A DNA stretch of 64,000 nt from a virus (lineage: Duplodnaviria; Caudoviricetes): the IMG/VR virus record IMGVR_UViG_2890766748_000002, positions 1 through 64,000 of that record, one strand, 5' to 3'. The translations under genes were made by a program, and so were the position numbers. The notes beneath the pieces were generated by a model that saw nothing but the letters and a program-made list of their open reading frames with translations, ran no database searches and was not told the DNA's origin. Shown here piece by piece: positions 28,622-38,674 of this stretch (position 1 is the stretch's first letter; the number at the start of each line of letters is the position of its first letter).

Positions 28622-29456
28622 GCTTATGTGGAGGATGGAGCCTAAGAAGATTCACTCATGGTCAGATATTATACCAATATTTTTTATCTTTCCTTTAACT
28701 ATAGCGATCCCTCCTAGAAACGGTTTTGAACAAAGAACTGTTTATGTTAAAGGAACAATGCAAGAAATCATAATTTCTGTTCCAAAAAGATGTGACCGAT
28801 TTAGTGAAGAAGTTAGTGAAATTTTTACTTCTATTCAAAAATTGAGCCATAAGAATATAGAGGTAGCTACTCAAAACTACGAAAAATTAAAAATTTTGAA
28901 TGAAAATGCAGATAGGTTAAAAGCTATTTGTGTTGCACAATGTCATTTTATTCGGACCTCTATTGTTATAGACCCAAATGAGTCAGATTATAGCTTCTAT
29001 TCGAATCTTTTGAAAAACTATATCGATTATCAAAAATTTAAGGACTTCTTAAATGGAGAATTTGTTGATCAGGAAAAAATAACTAATAATATGCTGGCAA
29101 TGTACAGGAATGTATATGAAACCAAGAAGCCAGAATTAGAATGTTTGGTCAAAGATTTTATATTTGCTATTAATTCTCCAATTAATGGTCAAGTAGAATT
29201 GTATATAAATGGAGAATTCGTAGCTAGTGCTCCCTCAAATCGAAATGGAAAAGCAATATTGACTATCCCTAAAGAATCTATGATTACTCATCCTGATTCA
29301 ACTTCAAAAGTTGACATAGTGATCATAATGTCAAATAATAGAAAGAAATATAAATCTATATTAGGCACAATAGTCAAAGAGGCTGATGAAAAAGGAGTGG
29401 TTGATACAGTACAAAGAAAACAATTTAGGAATCCGCTTAAGCCATTTGATCCTTAG
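28596..29456 (+). CDS. AT-rich membrane-anchored paralog of 27842 (start probably ATG 28626 or 28635)
   Basis: Shares VPxxCxxF, ICxAQCxxxRTS and SDYxxYS with the upstream gene. Confidence 0.75.
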   Translation: MIKRLYKYELMWRMEPKKIHSWSDIIPIFFIFPLTIAIPPRNGFEQRTVYVKGTMQEIIISVPKRCDRFSEEVSEIFTSIQKLSHKNIEVATQNYEKLKILNENADRLKAICVAQCHFIRTSIVIDPNESDYSFYSNLLKNYIDYQKFKDFLNGEFVDQEKITNNMLAMYRNVYETKKPELECLVKDFIFAINSPINGQVELYINGEFVASAPSNRNGKAILTIPKESMITHPDSTSKVDIVIIMSNNRKKYKSILGTIVKEADEKGVVDTVQRKQFRNPLKPFDP

Positions 29457-29552
29457 TTTTATTTGTTTTTTTATTATATTTTTTATAAAAACTAATATTT
29501 TAGAATAAGCTATCTATTTTAGCAAATACTTATGTTTTGATATTTAAAACCC

Positions 29553-29587
29553 GTCCTGTTCCGGCAAAAAGCTTTGGTCCAACTTGG
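29553..29587 (+). promoter_or_regulatory. Putative late promoter GTCCT-N22-CAACTTGG
   Basis: Motif and spacing; at the AT-to-GC boundary. Confidence 0.6.
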
Positions 29588-29610
29588 GTCAAAGCTTTTT
29601 TCATTTTGCC

Positions 29611-32600
29611 ATGAACAACACGGAAGTCAGTAAGCTGAAGGTGGAAATTGACGGCGACGAAGCGCAGGAAACGTTGCTTTCACTTCAGACCGAAGCCAAA
29701 GAGATCAATAAGGAGTTGCGCCGGATGAAGGAAGCCGGAGAAGAAGGCTCCGACGCCTGGAAGGAAATGAAGGTCCGGCAAAAGGAGGTCAACGAAGAAA
29801 TCCGGGAAATGACCCGGAATCTGGACCTGAATGATGCCACGATGACCGAGCTACGCGCCAACGCCCGGCTGTTGAACCGGGAATTGGACGGCCTGAAAGT
29901 TGGCTCCGAAGAATGGATTGCCAAAATGAAGGAAATCGCCGAAGTCGAAAACCGGATTTCGGACGTGAGGGCCGAAATGAAGCGGCTGAAGGGCGAAGGC
30001 GAAGAACAAACCGGCCTGTGGGACAACTTCAAAGCGGGTTTTGCCGGGGCGTTCACCTTTGAAGCGGTGAAGGAAGCCGCTCAGGCGGTTTGGGATTTCG
30101 GCAAAGAAGTGTTGGACACCGGGGCCAAATTTGAGAAGTATCAAAATATTCTCAATACCACCCTGGGCGATACCGAGAAAGGAGCGGAAGCGTTCGAAAT
30201 GCTTCAGAGCGTAGCGGCCAAAACCAACTTTACGTTGGACGAAATGACCGACAGCTACATCAAAATGGCGAATCGGGGATTGCGGCCGGGTCAGGATGAG
30301 TTGATGAAGCTGGCCGAGGTGGCCAACACAACCGGAAAACCGCTCGGTGATCTGGTGGAAGCCATCAACGACGTCAGCAATACCGATCGGTGGAACGAAT
30401 TTGGCATCAAGGCCCAAACCAACGGGGATAAAGTCAGCCTGACGTTTAAGGGCGTCACCCAGGAGGTGGACAAGTCGGAAGCCGGGGTGTTAAAGGCCAT
30501 TACCGCGTTCGGCGAAATGAACGGCGTGATGGGCATGACGGCCACAATTGCCGGGGGCGCTGAAGGCCAGCTTTCGAACATTGATGACAAGTTAGATAGC
30601 CTTTATGCCGGGATTTTCAACAAAGGCAAAGAAGGCTTCAACGGATTGATTTCGTGGTTTTCGACCCTGATTTCTGTGTTAGTCGATGCCGTTAAATACT
30701 CCGATCCGGTGTTGCAGGTGTTTGACTCGGTGAATACCATTTTTGCCAGCACCTTCCGAAGTATCGGCCAGTTAGTCGGTGGTTTCCTGGGCTTAAACAG
30801 CGAATCGTTTACCACGCAAAAAGTCATGGAAGGGCTAGGCGTGGTTTTCAATGTGATCCTGACGCCCATCCGCCTGGCGCTGACTACTGTTCAATTGTTT
30901 GCCGATGGCTTGAACGCCCTTCAGAATAAAGGCAAGGAAGTGATGAACTTCTTCGGGGCTACCTTCAAGATTGATCCCAAAGCGAATTTTGATACACTGG
31001 CGAAAAATGCAGCCGCCAACTTCAAATCCATTGAAGATTCGTGGACCAAAACCGAGAAAAGCCGGGAGACTCAAACCAAAGGAACAAATAAAAGTATTGA
31101 AGACGATTCAAAGAAATCCGGCCAAACGATCAGTGCTGAAGCCAAAAAAGAAGCCGAAAAACGGGCCAAAGACCAGGAGAAAGCCGAAACCGACAGTCTG
31201 AAGAAAATTCAGGATATGAAGGTGAAGGCCATCACCGACGAGCGTGAACGCAGAATTGCCGAAATCAACCTTCAGTATCAGCGGGAAGAAGAAGCGGTTA
31301 AAAAATCGGTGGCCAGCCAGAAGACAAAAAACGAGCAACTGCAATTGCTGGCTCAGGAGCGGGAAAACAAGATTGATAAAGTCGAAGACGAATTCCGGAA
31401 GAAAAAGGAGAAGGAGGAAGCCGACGCTCAGAACCGGATTGACCAACTCAAGATCAAGTTGATTCAGGACGATTCGCAACGCAAGATTGCCGAACTGAAC
31501 GCCCAGGCGCAACGCGATATTCAGACCATCAATACCACGATCAAGAACGAAACGCAGAAGGCCGAAGCCATCCGGTTGATCAATGAAAAGCTAACCCGGG
31601 ATGTGGAAGCCGTCAATGACAAACATCGGCAGGATGAAGAGAAGAAAAACCAGCAAAAGCGGGATCAGGAACTGAAAGCTGAAAAGCAACTATTTGACAA
31701 TCAGTTTAAAGAAGCCACTTTCAATGCTGATTTGAATTTGGCGCTGGCTAAAGACAATGCAGACAAAATCTATCAGGCCAAACTTGCCAAACTACAGGCG
31801 GAATATGCCTACAATAAACAGAAGCTTCAATTGGAAGCCGACGAAGAAAAGGCCAAAAACCAAACGCTGATCCAGGATGCCGACAAACGGGCGGCTGCGG
31901 AACAGGCCATTGACGGCCGTCTGAAGGCGCAATTGTCGGCCGCCGATGCCAAATTCCAAAACGACAAAACGGCACTCGATCAGGAACATACGGCTAAACG
32001 CAAGGCCAATGCCGATCAGTTTTTCAGCGCCCTGAATGGGTTGATGACCGGCGACTACAATGCGTTTATGAATTTCCTGAACCAGAAGTTGGCTAGTGAT
32101 GCAGCCGCCAACAACCAACGTTTGCAGGATTTTGCCCGCTCGGGTCAGGAGACGTTAGGCATTGCTGGCCAGGTGGTGGGGGCGTTGAACACACTCAACG
32201 AGCAATACACGAAACGGCAGATTGACCGGATTCATCAGGAACGCGACGAAGCCATTGCCCAGAAGCAGAAGCAAATCGCGGAAATTGAAGCCTTCGAAAA
32301 AGAATATGAGAAAAAGAAGCTTCAGTTGACCAAAGAAATGAATGCTGCGGCCACGGCCGACGAGAAAAAGGCTACCCAACTGAAGCTTCAGAACCTGGAA
32401 AATGAATACAATTCGCGGTTGGATGCCAAAGAACAGTTGGAAGGAGGTATTGATGACATCCGGAGTGAAGCCGACGAAAAGGAGAAAGCCGCCAAAGTGA
32501 AGGCGTTCAACCGGGAGAAGACGTTAAACATTGCGGCCGCGCTGATCAATGCTGCCCAGGCGGCCCTGAAGTCGCTGGCCACGATGGGGTTCCCGCTCGG

Positions 32601-33501
32601 GCTGATTGGAGTGGCCACATCGGCGGTGTTGGCCGGGGTGCAAATCGGAATCATCAAAAACCAGAAACCACCTTCATACCGCGCTGGGGGATATGTCCGC
32701 AACGCCGGTGTTCCGGCTGGGCCTTTGCATGGCCGACGCTACGGCGAATCCGGAATTTCCTTGACGCGCCGGGATACGGGTCAGGAAGTGGGCGAAATGG
32801 AAGGCGATGAGCCTATTATGATTTTGAGCCGCAACACCTACAAAAACAATCGGCCCGTGATTGATAAACTGCTTCATAGCTCCCTGCATCGGAACGGCGC
32901 TCCGATCTACGGCAACGGCGGGATCAACGACGGGGGCAGCTACCGGGATTATCTGGAACCCTTGGGCTACGGAAACTCGTACCTGTTTGGGTCGAAGAAA
33001 GCCAAAAAAGCCGCCAAAGAAGCGGAAGCCGAAGCCAAACAAATGGCTGCCGAGCAGGAAGCGGAAATGGCTAAAATGCAGGCCGAAATGGACGCAATGG
33101 CTACCGATGGGGGTGGGGGCTACGATTCGGGCGGTTTGCCCTCGGACGGGGTGCATGTGGCTGGGGCCGATGGCGACGCGACAGGCACCATCTCGACCAC
33201 CAATTCCCAGATTGAAGCCAGCCAGGAAATGATGGCGGCTATTGCCGACAATACGGAAATGACCGTGAAAGCCCTGACTGAGATGCAAACGTTTATAGCA
33301 GACATGCTGCTGCCCACGCTGAAGGCTCAGGGAGTAGAGTTGTCGACCAGCGTAAACGGCAAGGTGGATGAACTGATTACGGTGGAACGTACGGCAAACA
33401 GTTATCTGGACCGCATAGCGGCCAAAGAACTGTCGGTGCAAACGTTCGTCAATGTCATGAACCAAATCAGCGTTGTGGCCGGGGATTCCGATCTGAAATA
33501 A
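29611..33501 (+). CDS. Tape measure protein
   Basis: About 1300 aa coiled-coil; AAKTNFTLDEM tape-measure motif; GGYV...GPLH...EMEGDE. Confidence 0.9.
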   Translation: MNNTEVSKLKVEIDGDEAQETLLSLQTEAKEINKELRRMKEAGEEGSDAWKEMKVRQKEVNEEIREMTRNLDLNDATMTELRANARLLNRELDGLKVGSEEWIAKMKEIAEVENRISDVRAEMKRLKGEGEEQTGLWDNFKAGFAGAFTFEAVKEAAQAVWDFGKEVLDTGAKFEKYQNILNTTLGDTEKGAEAFEMLQSVAAKTNFTLDEMTDSYIKMANRGLRPGQDELMKLAEVANTTGKPLGDLVEAINDVSNTDRWNEFGIKAQTNGDKVSLTFKGVTQEVDKSEAGVLKAITAFGEMNGVMGMTATIAGGAEGQLSNIDDKLDSLYAGIFNKGKEGFNGLISWFSTLISVLVDAVKYSDPVLQVFDSVNTIFASTFRSIGQLVGGFLGLNSESFTTQKVMEGLGVVFNVILTPIRLALTTVQLFADGLNALQNKGKEVMNFFGATFKIDPKANFDTLAKNAAANFKSIEDSWTKTEKSRETQTKGTNKSIEDDSKKSGQTISAEAKKEAEKRAKDQEKAETDSLKKIQDMKVKAITDERERRIAEINLQYQREEEAVKKSVASQKTKNEQLQLLAQERENKIDKVEDEFRKKKEKEEADAQNRIDQLKIKLIQDDSQRKIAELNAQAQRDIQTINTTIKNETQKAEAIRLINEKLTRDVEAVNDKHRQDEEKKNQQKRDQELKAEKQLFDNQFKEATFNADLNLALAKDNADKIYQAKLAKLQAEYAYNKQKLQLEADEEKAKNQTLIQDADKRAAAEQAIDGRLKAQLSAADAKFQNDKTALDQEHTAKRKANADQFFSALNGLMTGDYNAFMNFLNQKLASDAAANNQRLQDFARSGQETLGIAGQVVGALNTLNEQYTKRQIDRIHQERDEAIAQKQKQIAEIEAFEKEYEKKKLQLTKEMNAAATADEKKATQLKLQNLENEYNSRLDAKEQLEGGIDDIRSEADEKEKAAKVKAFNREKTLNIAAALINAAQAALKSLATMGFPLGLIGVATSAVLAGVQIGIIKNQKPPSYRAGGYVRNAGVPAGPLHGRRYGESGISLTRRDTGQEVGEMEGDEPIMILSRNTYKNNRPVIDKLLHSSLHRNGAPIYGNGGINDGGSYRDYLEPLGYGNSYLFGSKKAKKAAKEAEAEAKQMAAEQEAEMAKMQAEMDAMATDGGGGYDSGGLPSDGVHVAGADGDATGTISTTNSQIEASQEMMAAIADNTEMTVKALTEMQTFIADMLLPTLKAQGVELSTSVNGKVDELITVERTANSYLDRIAAKELSVQTFVNVMNQISVVAGDSDLK

Positions 33502-33563
33502 TTGCTTCCACGTGAGCGCCCTGGCTGTTTCAACCTGCGCGCTCACACTTCTTTTTTATCACG

Positions 33564-34979
33564 ATGGTCGATATACGAATTGATGGGTACAGCGTCGACA
33601 TGACGCCGGGAACGCGGCTGACGCTCGAACGGTTTAACCCGATGCTGAATTTTACGTCGGTGCAGGGTTCGCGGGTATACGGTTTTTCGTTGCCCGACAC
33701 ACCCTTGAACCGGCGGGTTTTGGGGTTTGTCAATCAAGCCCAGGTACCCTATAAAAACCGGCGGTTTTACTGCGAAAAATACGTCAATACGCAACTGGTG
33801 GAACGGGGTTATGTGAAAGTGCAGGATGTTCCGGCCGGAAGCTACAACCTGTATTTTACGCAAAACCTGGGCGAAATCTTTGGCGATCTGCAAAACGTGC
33901 TGTTGCCGGATATTGATTTCGGGACGGTTCCGGCTCCGGTGGCTCCGACGCTGGCGGCCAATCATCTGACGGATGCTGTGGCGTTTCCGATGATCGAAAA
34001 TCCGGGGTTCTACGGCAACAACGCGGGCGTCGTGGGTTTCAACAACGCCATGAACCGCGTCAGCGCCGGAGAGATGGACACGAAAGCCCGGGTGCCAATG
34101 GTGTTTTTATCCTGGTTGTTTGAGCAGTTTGGACAGAAGGTAGGGTGGCAGTTTGGCGGTACTTTCCTGGAAGACCCGGACGTGTTGCGGCTGTTGCTGT
34201 TCAACCTGTACAGCCTGGACGATCAGCCGACGATCCAGTACCGAAACCACCTACCGGAACTGACGTTTCCGGGACTATTGATTGCGCTCCGGCAACTGTT
34301 CAACCTGTATCTAGATTTCGACGTCCGGCGTCGGGTGTGTACGCTCGACTACACAGACGACATTCTGAAGGCTCCCACGGTGCTGGATTGGACGGCCAAA
34401 GCGGAGCCGACCCACACAAAGCTTCCGGAACTGCAAAACCGGTTGGAACTGTCCTACGACATCGACGGCAACGATGCGCTGATGAAACCGATCCCGGCGG
34501 ATTTCGACAAATACACCACTGCCGAAACTCCGGCGACTGCCGGGGGGAGCCTGGTCCCGATCCGAAGCCGGTTCGGCACGTTGCAGACAAACAGCGCTAC
34601 GGGCCTGGCGATGACGTCACAGCCAGGAATAAGCCTGTATAACAAAGATTCAGCGGCTCGGGGCTTGCCCAGGCTGTTATTCTGGAATGGCGTGATTGAC
34701 GGCAAACCGATTGCTACCCACGCCATCGGCGACCGCCGGTTGGTGTGGAACGGCGCGGGGAACCTGGTGGACCGGCATTGGCGCATGTTCGAGCGCTTCA
34801 AAGCCAATACCTTTTTGATCCGGAAAATCCTGTACCTGACTCCGGCGGATTTGGCCACGTTCCGTTTTCGGAACAAAGTCCACATCCGGGGCGTGAATTA
34901 CCTGATTGGCAGCATGAAGGCGGTGTTGGGAGCCGATGAAAATATTATTCCGGCGGAAGTGGAATTGTGGAAGGTTTAG
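33564..34979 (+). CDS. Distal tail/hub protein
   Basis: Follows the tape measure gene; YGFSLPDTPLNRRVLG; NKVHIRGVNYLI. Confidence 0.75.
   Translation: MVDIRIDGYSVDMTPGTRLTLERFNPMLNFTSVQGSRVYGFSLPDTPLNRRVLGFVNQAQVPYKNRRFYCEKYVNTQLVERGYVKVQDVPAGSYNLYFTQNLGEIFGDLQNVLLPDIDFGTVPAPVAPTLAANHLTDAVAFPMIENPGFYGNNAGVVGFNNAMNRVSAGEMDTKARVPMVFLSWLFEQFGQKVGWQFGGTFLEDPDVLRLLLFNLYSLDDQPTIQYRNHLPELTFPGLLIALRQLFNLYLDFDVRRRVCTLDYTDDILKAPTVLDWTAKAEPTHTKLPELQNRLELSYDIDGNDALMKPIPADFDKYTTAETPATAGGSLVPIRSRFGTLQTNSATGLAMTSQPGISLYNKDSAARGLPRLLFWNGVIDGKPIATHAIGDRRLVWNGAGNLVDRHWRMFERFKANTFLIRKILYLTPADLATFRFRNKVHIRGVNYLIGSMKAVLGADENIIPAEVELWKV
34909..34979 (+). repeat. Gene-end repeat copy 0 (intact 3' end of the tail gene)
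   Basis: GCAGCATGAAGGCGGTG...AATATTATTCCGGCGGAAGTGGAATTGTGGAAGGTTTAG. Confidence 0.9.
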
Positions 34980-35020
34980 TTAAATTGTAGAATAGATTTA
35001 AATTATATACCCTTATCACA

Positions 35021-35230
35021 ATGGCTAACTTTATACGAGTTCACGAGCTTACTACTAAAATTGAGAACGTCCTTAATGTTGCAAAAATCGTTCGATTGAA
35101 GCCGACGGAAGATAGTTTCGGTAATCCTAAATGTCTAATTATATTCCAAGATGACGGTCTGACCGTTGATGAAACCTTTGAGGATGTAATTAAGAAAATC
35201 GAAGACGCTGCAAGCATTGACATTCTTTAA
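35021..35230 (+). CDS. Small cargo protein (69 aa)
   Basis: MANFIRV...LNVAKIV...VDETFEDVIKKI; followed by a hairpin. Confidence 0.7.
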   Translation: MANFIRVHELTTKIENVLNVAKIVRLKPTEDSFGNPKCLIIFQDDGLTVDETFEDVIKKIEDAASIDIL

Positions 35231-35288
35231 AAAGGAATATTTTGAATACCATAAAATCGCAGTTCAAAAAATTAAAGAATAATTGATG

Positions 35289-35324
35289 ACGAAACCTGTC
35301 CGATCTGGACAGGTTTCGTTGTTT
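35289..35324 (+). terminator. Terminator hairpin
   Basis: ACGAAACCTGTCC-gatct-GGACAGGTTTCGT. Confidence 0.75.
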
Positions 35325-35475
35325 CGGGTATAAATTGCCTATACAAAATTTTAGGATTGGCAAATCTATACGTATTCATTTTTGAACGCCTAATTTATAA
35401 ACAACACTGATTGTGTGAATAAAATAGCAAAATCCATTTTTGTGTCCTGCAAATACATAAGCTCTTCATAAATAA

Positions 35476-35541
35476 ATGAATGCGGTGTAGGGAATAGATG
35501 ATAATATTACCCAGGCAGAAGTGGAATTGTAGAAGGTGTGA
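35476..35541 (+). repeat. Gene-end repeat copy 1 (degenerate)
   Basis: Ungapped, about 52/66 identical to 34914-34979. Confidence 0.9.
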
Positions 35542-35599
35542 AAATATTCTTTAGTCTAAATCTATGGTTTTCTTAATAATTTGGTGAATTACATTTGAA

Positions 35600-37282
35600 T
35601 TGCATATTCTTGAGAAAAAACTTATGACAGTCTTTTTATATCCTACGCTGAAATATTCAGATATTTTTCCAATGGACGAAAGTGTTTCTGTGGAAGATTT
35701 ACTAGGAGCTTATGATTTTGATATACTATTAAATATTGCTCTATCTATCGATAGTATCAACATATCTGGTTATCATGGGGAAAATGGAGCTGTATTTAAC
35801 TTAAGCGAAACACTAGATAGATTTCATGTTGAATACGGTGAAGAAAGGAGTAAGATTAGGTCTTCTATCCTTTCTATTGGCAAGGCAATAGTTAACAGGG
35901 TAAGTACATTGAGATTAATTGATATAATCCTGAGAATCGGTCATCAAACTAATTATAATGATAAAAAGGTAGGCTTGAATATGCTGAAGGCTTATTTGTT
36001 GATTAATCAGAAAATACATGATAAGTATTATGAATCAAGGAGCCGAGCTATAGAACTAGGTTACGATGTGCCTGTATTTCAAGATATATTTTTATTGATC
36101 CATTCCGTAAGGTTTGAACATCATACAAATTTTGACATATATTTCCCAAACTTGGTTAAATCGAAATTGTATTTAAAATTTTGTAAAGGATATCCAGCTC
36201 TGAATAGTCACCTCGATGATTTTCTCAGAAGAAAAAAATGTAGAGACATAGATGACTTTTTTAGAAAATATTTTCCTTTGATCGAATTTATGATTTCTAA
36301 ATTTGATGAAAGATACCAGATGATAGAAGTGCCATCGGAGCACAATGAATATGAAGAATTATGTCATTATTTAGATGAAATGTCAATTGAGAAAAGTATT
36401 GACTTTGACTCCTGCGATTTTGCATATATTAGAAGTAAGCCAATGTATAAAATTCGAAATGGCCGTTATGTGGTGATAAATGAGATTTTTTTAATTGAGA
36501 AAATTTACAAGAGCTTATATTTTGATTTTAAAGAAATAAATAGTACTCAATTAAGCCCTATAAAAAACTTCAGACAAGAGTTTACTACACAATTTTCTGA
36601 AAAATATTTGCTATATACTGTGTTAGATAAAGTTTATAGAGAGAATAAAGGTTCAAATTTTATCACCTTTTCAGGTGAAGAATTAAAAATAAAACTAGTT
36701 AATGCAGAGCCTGATTATTACATAAGAAAATCTAATAAAATATTATTGATTGAGAATAAAGATAATATGATAAATGGCGTTGAGTTAGATAATAGTGATT
36801 TCGAAAAGATTATTTCAGTGTTCAAGGATAGAATTAATAAGGCTTCCCGTCAAATAATCGTAAATATAGATCGATGTTTGGGTCAAAAAATAGAAGATAA
36901 AGAAATTGTTAATCAAGAAATTTATCCTGTAATGATTGTTCATGATAATATTTTTATGACCCCTGCTTTAAATCTATTAGCCAGGAGTTGGTTTAAAGGT
37001 CTCTTGGGAACTCAAGATAAATATTCAAGAATTAAACCTTTAACAATTATCTCAATAGATTTTTTCATAAATTATAGTTGGTTTATTAGAAGTAATAAAA
37101 TTAATTTATTTAATTATATTGATAAATATCACAAGTTCATTGATAATAAAGTTTCTGAAAATAATAGCCAAAAAAGCCATTATTCATTTTTTCATTATAT
37201 CAAAAAAAGCTCAGGTACTGATGAGATGAAAAGATTATATAAAGATAGGTCTTTAATTGTTGGGAGATCATCTTTGTTTTAG
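35600..37282 (+). CDS. AT-rich cargo protein with a C-terminal PD-(D/E)xK nuclease-like motif; candidate defence gene (start may be ATG 35624)
   Basis: EPDYYIRKSNKILLIENKD. Confidence 0.75.
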   Translation: MHILEKKLMTVFLYPTLKYSDIFPMDESVSVEDLLGAYDFDILLNIALSIDSINISGYHGENGAVFNLSETLDRFHVEYGEERSKIRSSILSIGKAIVNRVSTLRLIDIILRIGHQTNYNDKKVGLNMLKAYLLINQKIHDKYYESRSRAIELGYDVPVFQDIFLLIHSVRFEHHTNFDIYFPNLVKSKLYLKFCKGYPALNSHLDDFLRRKKCRDIDDFFRKYFPLIEFMISKFDERYQMIEVPSEHNEYEELCHYLDEMSIEKSIDFDSCDFAYIRSKPMYKIRNGRYVVINEIFLIEKIYKSLYFDFKEINSTQLSPIKNFRQEFTTQFSEKYLLYTVLDKVYRENKGSNFITFSGEELKIKLVNAEPDYYIRKSNKILLIENKDNMINGVELDNSDFEKIISVFKDRINKASRQIIVNIDRCLGQKIEDKEIVNQEIYPVMIVHDNIFMTPALNLLARSWFKGLLGTQDKYSRIKPLTIISIDFFINYSWFIRSNKINLFNYIDKYHKFIDNKVSENNSQKSHYSFFHYIKKSSGTDEMKRLYKDRSLIVGRSSLF

Positions 37283-37408
37283 GATAGAATAAAAGCTAAG
37301 TCTTTGTAACAGGCTTTTAATTAGGGGAATGATTTTGTTTGTCGTCATTAATTGGATCACACAGATGAAACTGATTGTGAACCAAACAAATCGAAATACT
37401 CCTTCATA

Positions 37409-37479
37409 GCAGTATAAAGACAACGTCAGGGTCCGATGTAAATATTATTTCGGCGGAAGTGCAATTGTGAAAGGTTTAA
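37409..37479 (+). repeat. Gene-end repeat copy 2 (degenerate)
   Basis: Ungapped, about 56/71 identical to 34909-34979. Confidence 0.9.
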
Positions 37480-37582
37480 TACTAAAGATATTTTCTTTAA
37501 ATTGTATTTAATTTTTCTTTTATGCAATTTAATATTATGCGAATATTTGAGTATTATTTATTGAAACCGGAATCTTATAAAG

Positions 37583-38674
37583 TTAAAACATATTGCTAAA
37601 AACTGATTCATCATAATCAATATTCCACCTACTTTTGGCTTCAGCAAGCATTTTGTCAATTGTACCATTTCTCTTTGCTACCTTAAATAAATATTTATCT
37701 TTGGAGGATTCATCTATTATTGAGTGAAACTCAACGAATTCTGAATCATCTAATTCTACTTCCATTGTTAGTAGATCTCCTTCAGATGGACCAGAAATTG
37801 CAAGTGTTGTAGCTCCGCGATAATTCCATTTTTGTCTTGCCTCCTTATACATTTCAATTAATACGCCTTTTTCTATTGCCTTTTCATGTAAATATTTTTC
37901 TTTATCTTCATCAGACTTTAAAATTGTAAAATGAAAGTATTCGTCTTCCAATAGTTCGACAATTGAGGTTATTTTTTCATTTGTTAGGCTATTAGTAAAT
38001 GAAATAGGCATTCTAGCAGAACTTACTAATGGTTTAGGATATATATTTCTAGTTACATTATCATATTTGAAAAACTCAAATTCTAGATGGAATGGAAGGA
38101 AAGAACTTGCAATAATTTTTAAATCATCTGAAATGCCAGTTTTATTCGGCCTAGGTGGAATTATTGATCTGTCAATAGTATATTTTTTAAAATGTGGAAT
38201 AATATTTTCAGAGTATAGAATACTGAACCACATATTTATAACATTAACCATTAGATCAATTAAATATAGGTTTTCGTTGTTATTTGATAGAATACTGATA
38301 TTTTTTTCTAAAACTCTATATTCTCCATCATTATCTTCATATTCAATGACTCTAATCATCTCCTTTATAGAGCTTGCAGAGGTTACAACCGGATTATTTC
38401 TGTCTATTTCATAATGCTTACTTGCGTCTACAATATTGCCCAGTATCTGGTAATCTGAGCATTTTTTTATCAAGCGTGGTTTTACATCTTTTTTAAAGTG
38501 CTCTTTTTTATATTTAGCGTAGTGTTCCCCAAAATGATACAATAATGTTGCAGCATGTAAACCAGTATTAATGTCTTCACCAGTCCCAAATACTTTAGTT
38601 TGCTGCACTTTAGCATAATTCTGGAAAGAATTAACTACTCCAAGGAAAAAATGGCTCATTAAATCTTGATACAT
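37583..38674 (-). CDS. AT-rich cargo protein with a duplicated C-terminal domain
   Basis: 363-aa ORF; two repeats, VEL...KEKYL...EARQKWN and VEL...KDKYL...EAKSRWN. Confidence 0.8.
   Translation of the reverse strand: MYQDLMSHFFLGVVNSFQNYAKVQQTKVFGTGEDINTGLHAATLLYHFGEHYAKYKKEHFKKDVKPRLIKKCSDYQILGNIVDASKHYEIDRNNPVVTSASSIKEMIRVIEYEDNDGEYRVLEKNISILSNNNENLYLIDLMVNVINMWFSILYSENIIPHFKKYTIDRSIIPPRPNKTGISDDLKIIASSFLPFHLEFEFFKYDNVTRNIYPKPLVSSARMPISFTNSLTNEKITSIVELLEDEYFHFTILKSDEDKEKYLHEKAIEKGVLIEMYKEARQKWNYRGATTLAISGPSEGDLLTMEVELDDSEFVEFHSIIDESSKDKYLFKVAKRNGTIDKMLAEAKSRWNIDYDESVFSNMF

Noticed and set aside
35444-35478. Eighth late promoter (GTCCT at 35444)
   Set aside because: The octamer at +22 (AATAAATG) matches poorly and no structural gene follows; at most a relic.
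34909-37479. CRISPR array, classical integron attC sites or DGR TR/VR pair
   Set aside because: Spacing is gene-sized; the repeats lack attC hairpin structure; mismatches are not adenine-specific; no cas, IntI-type or reverse transcriptase gene is seen.
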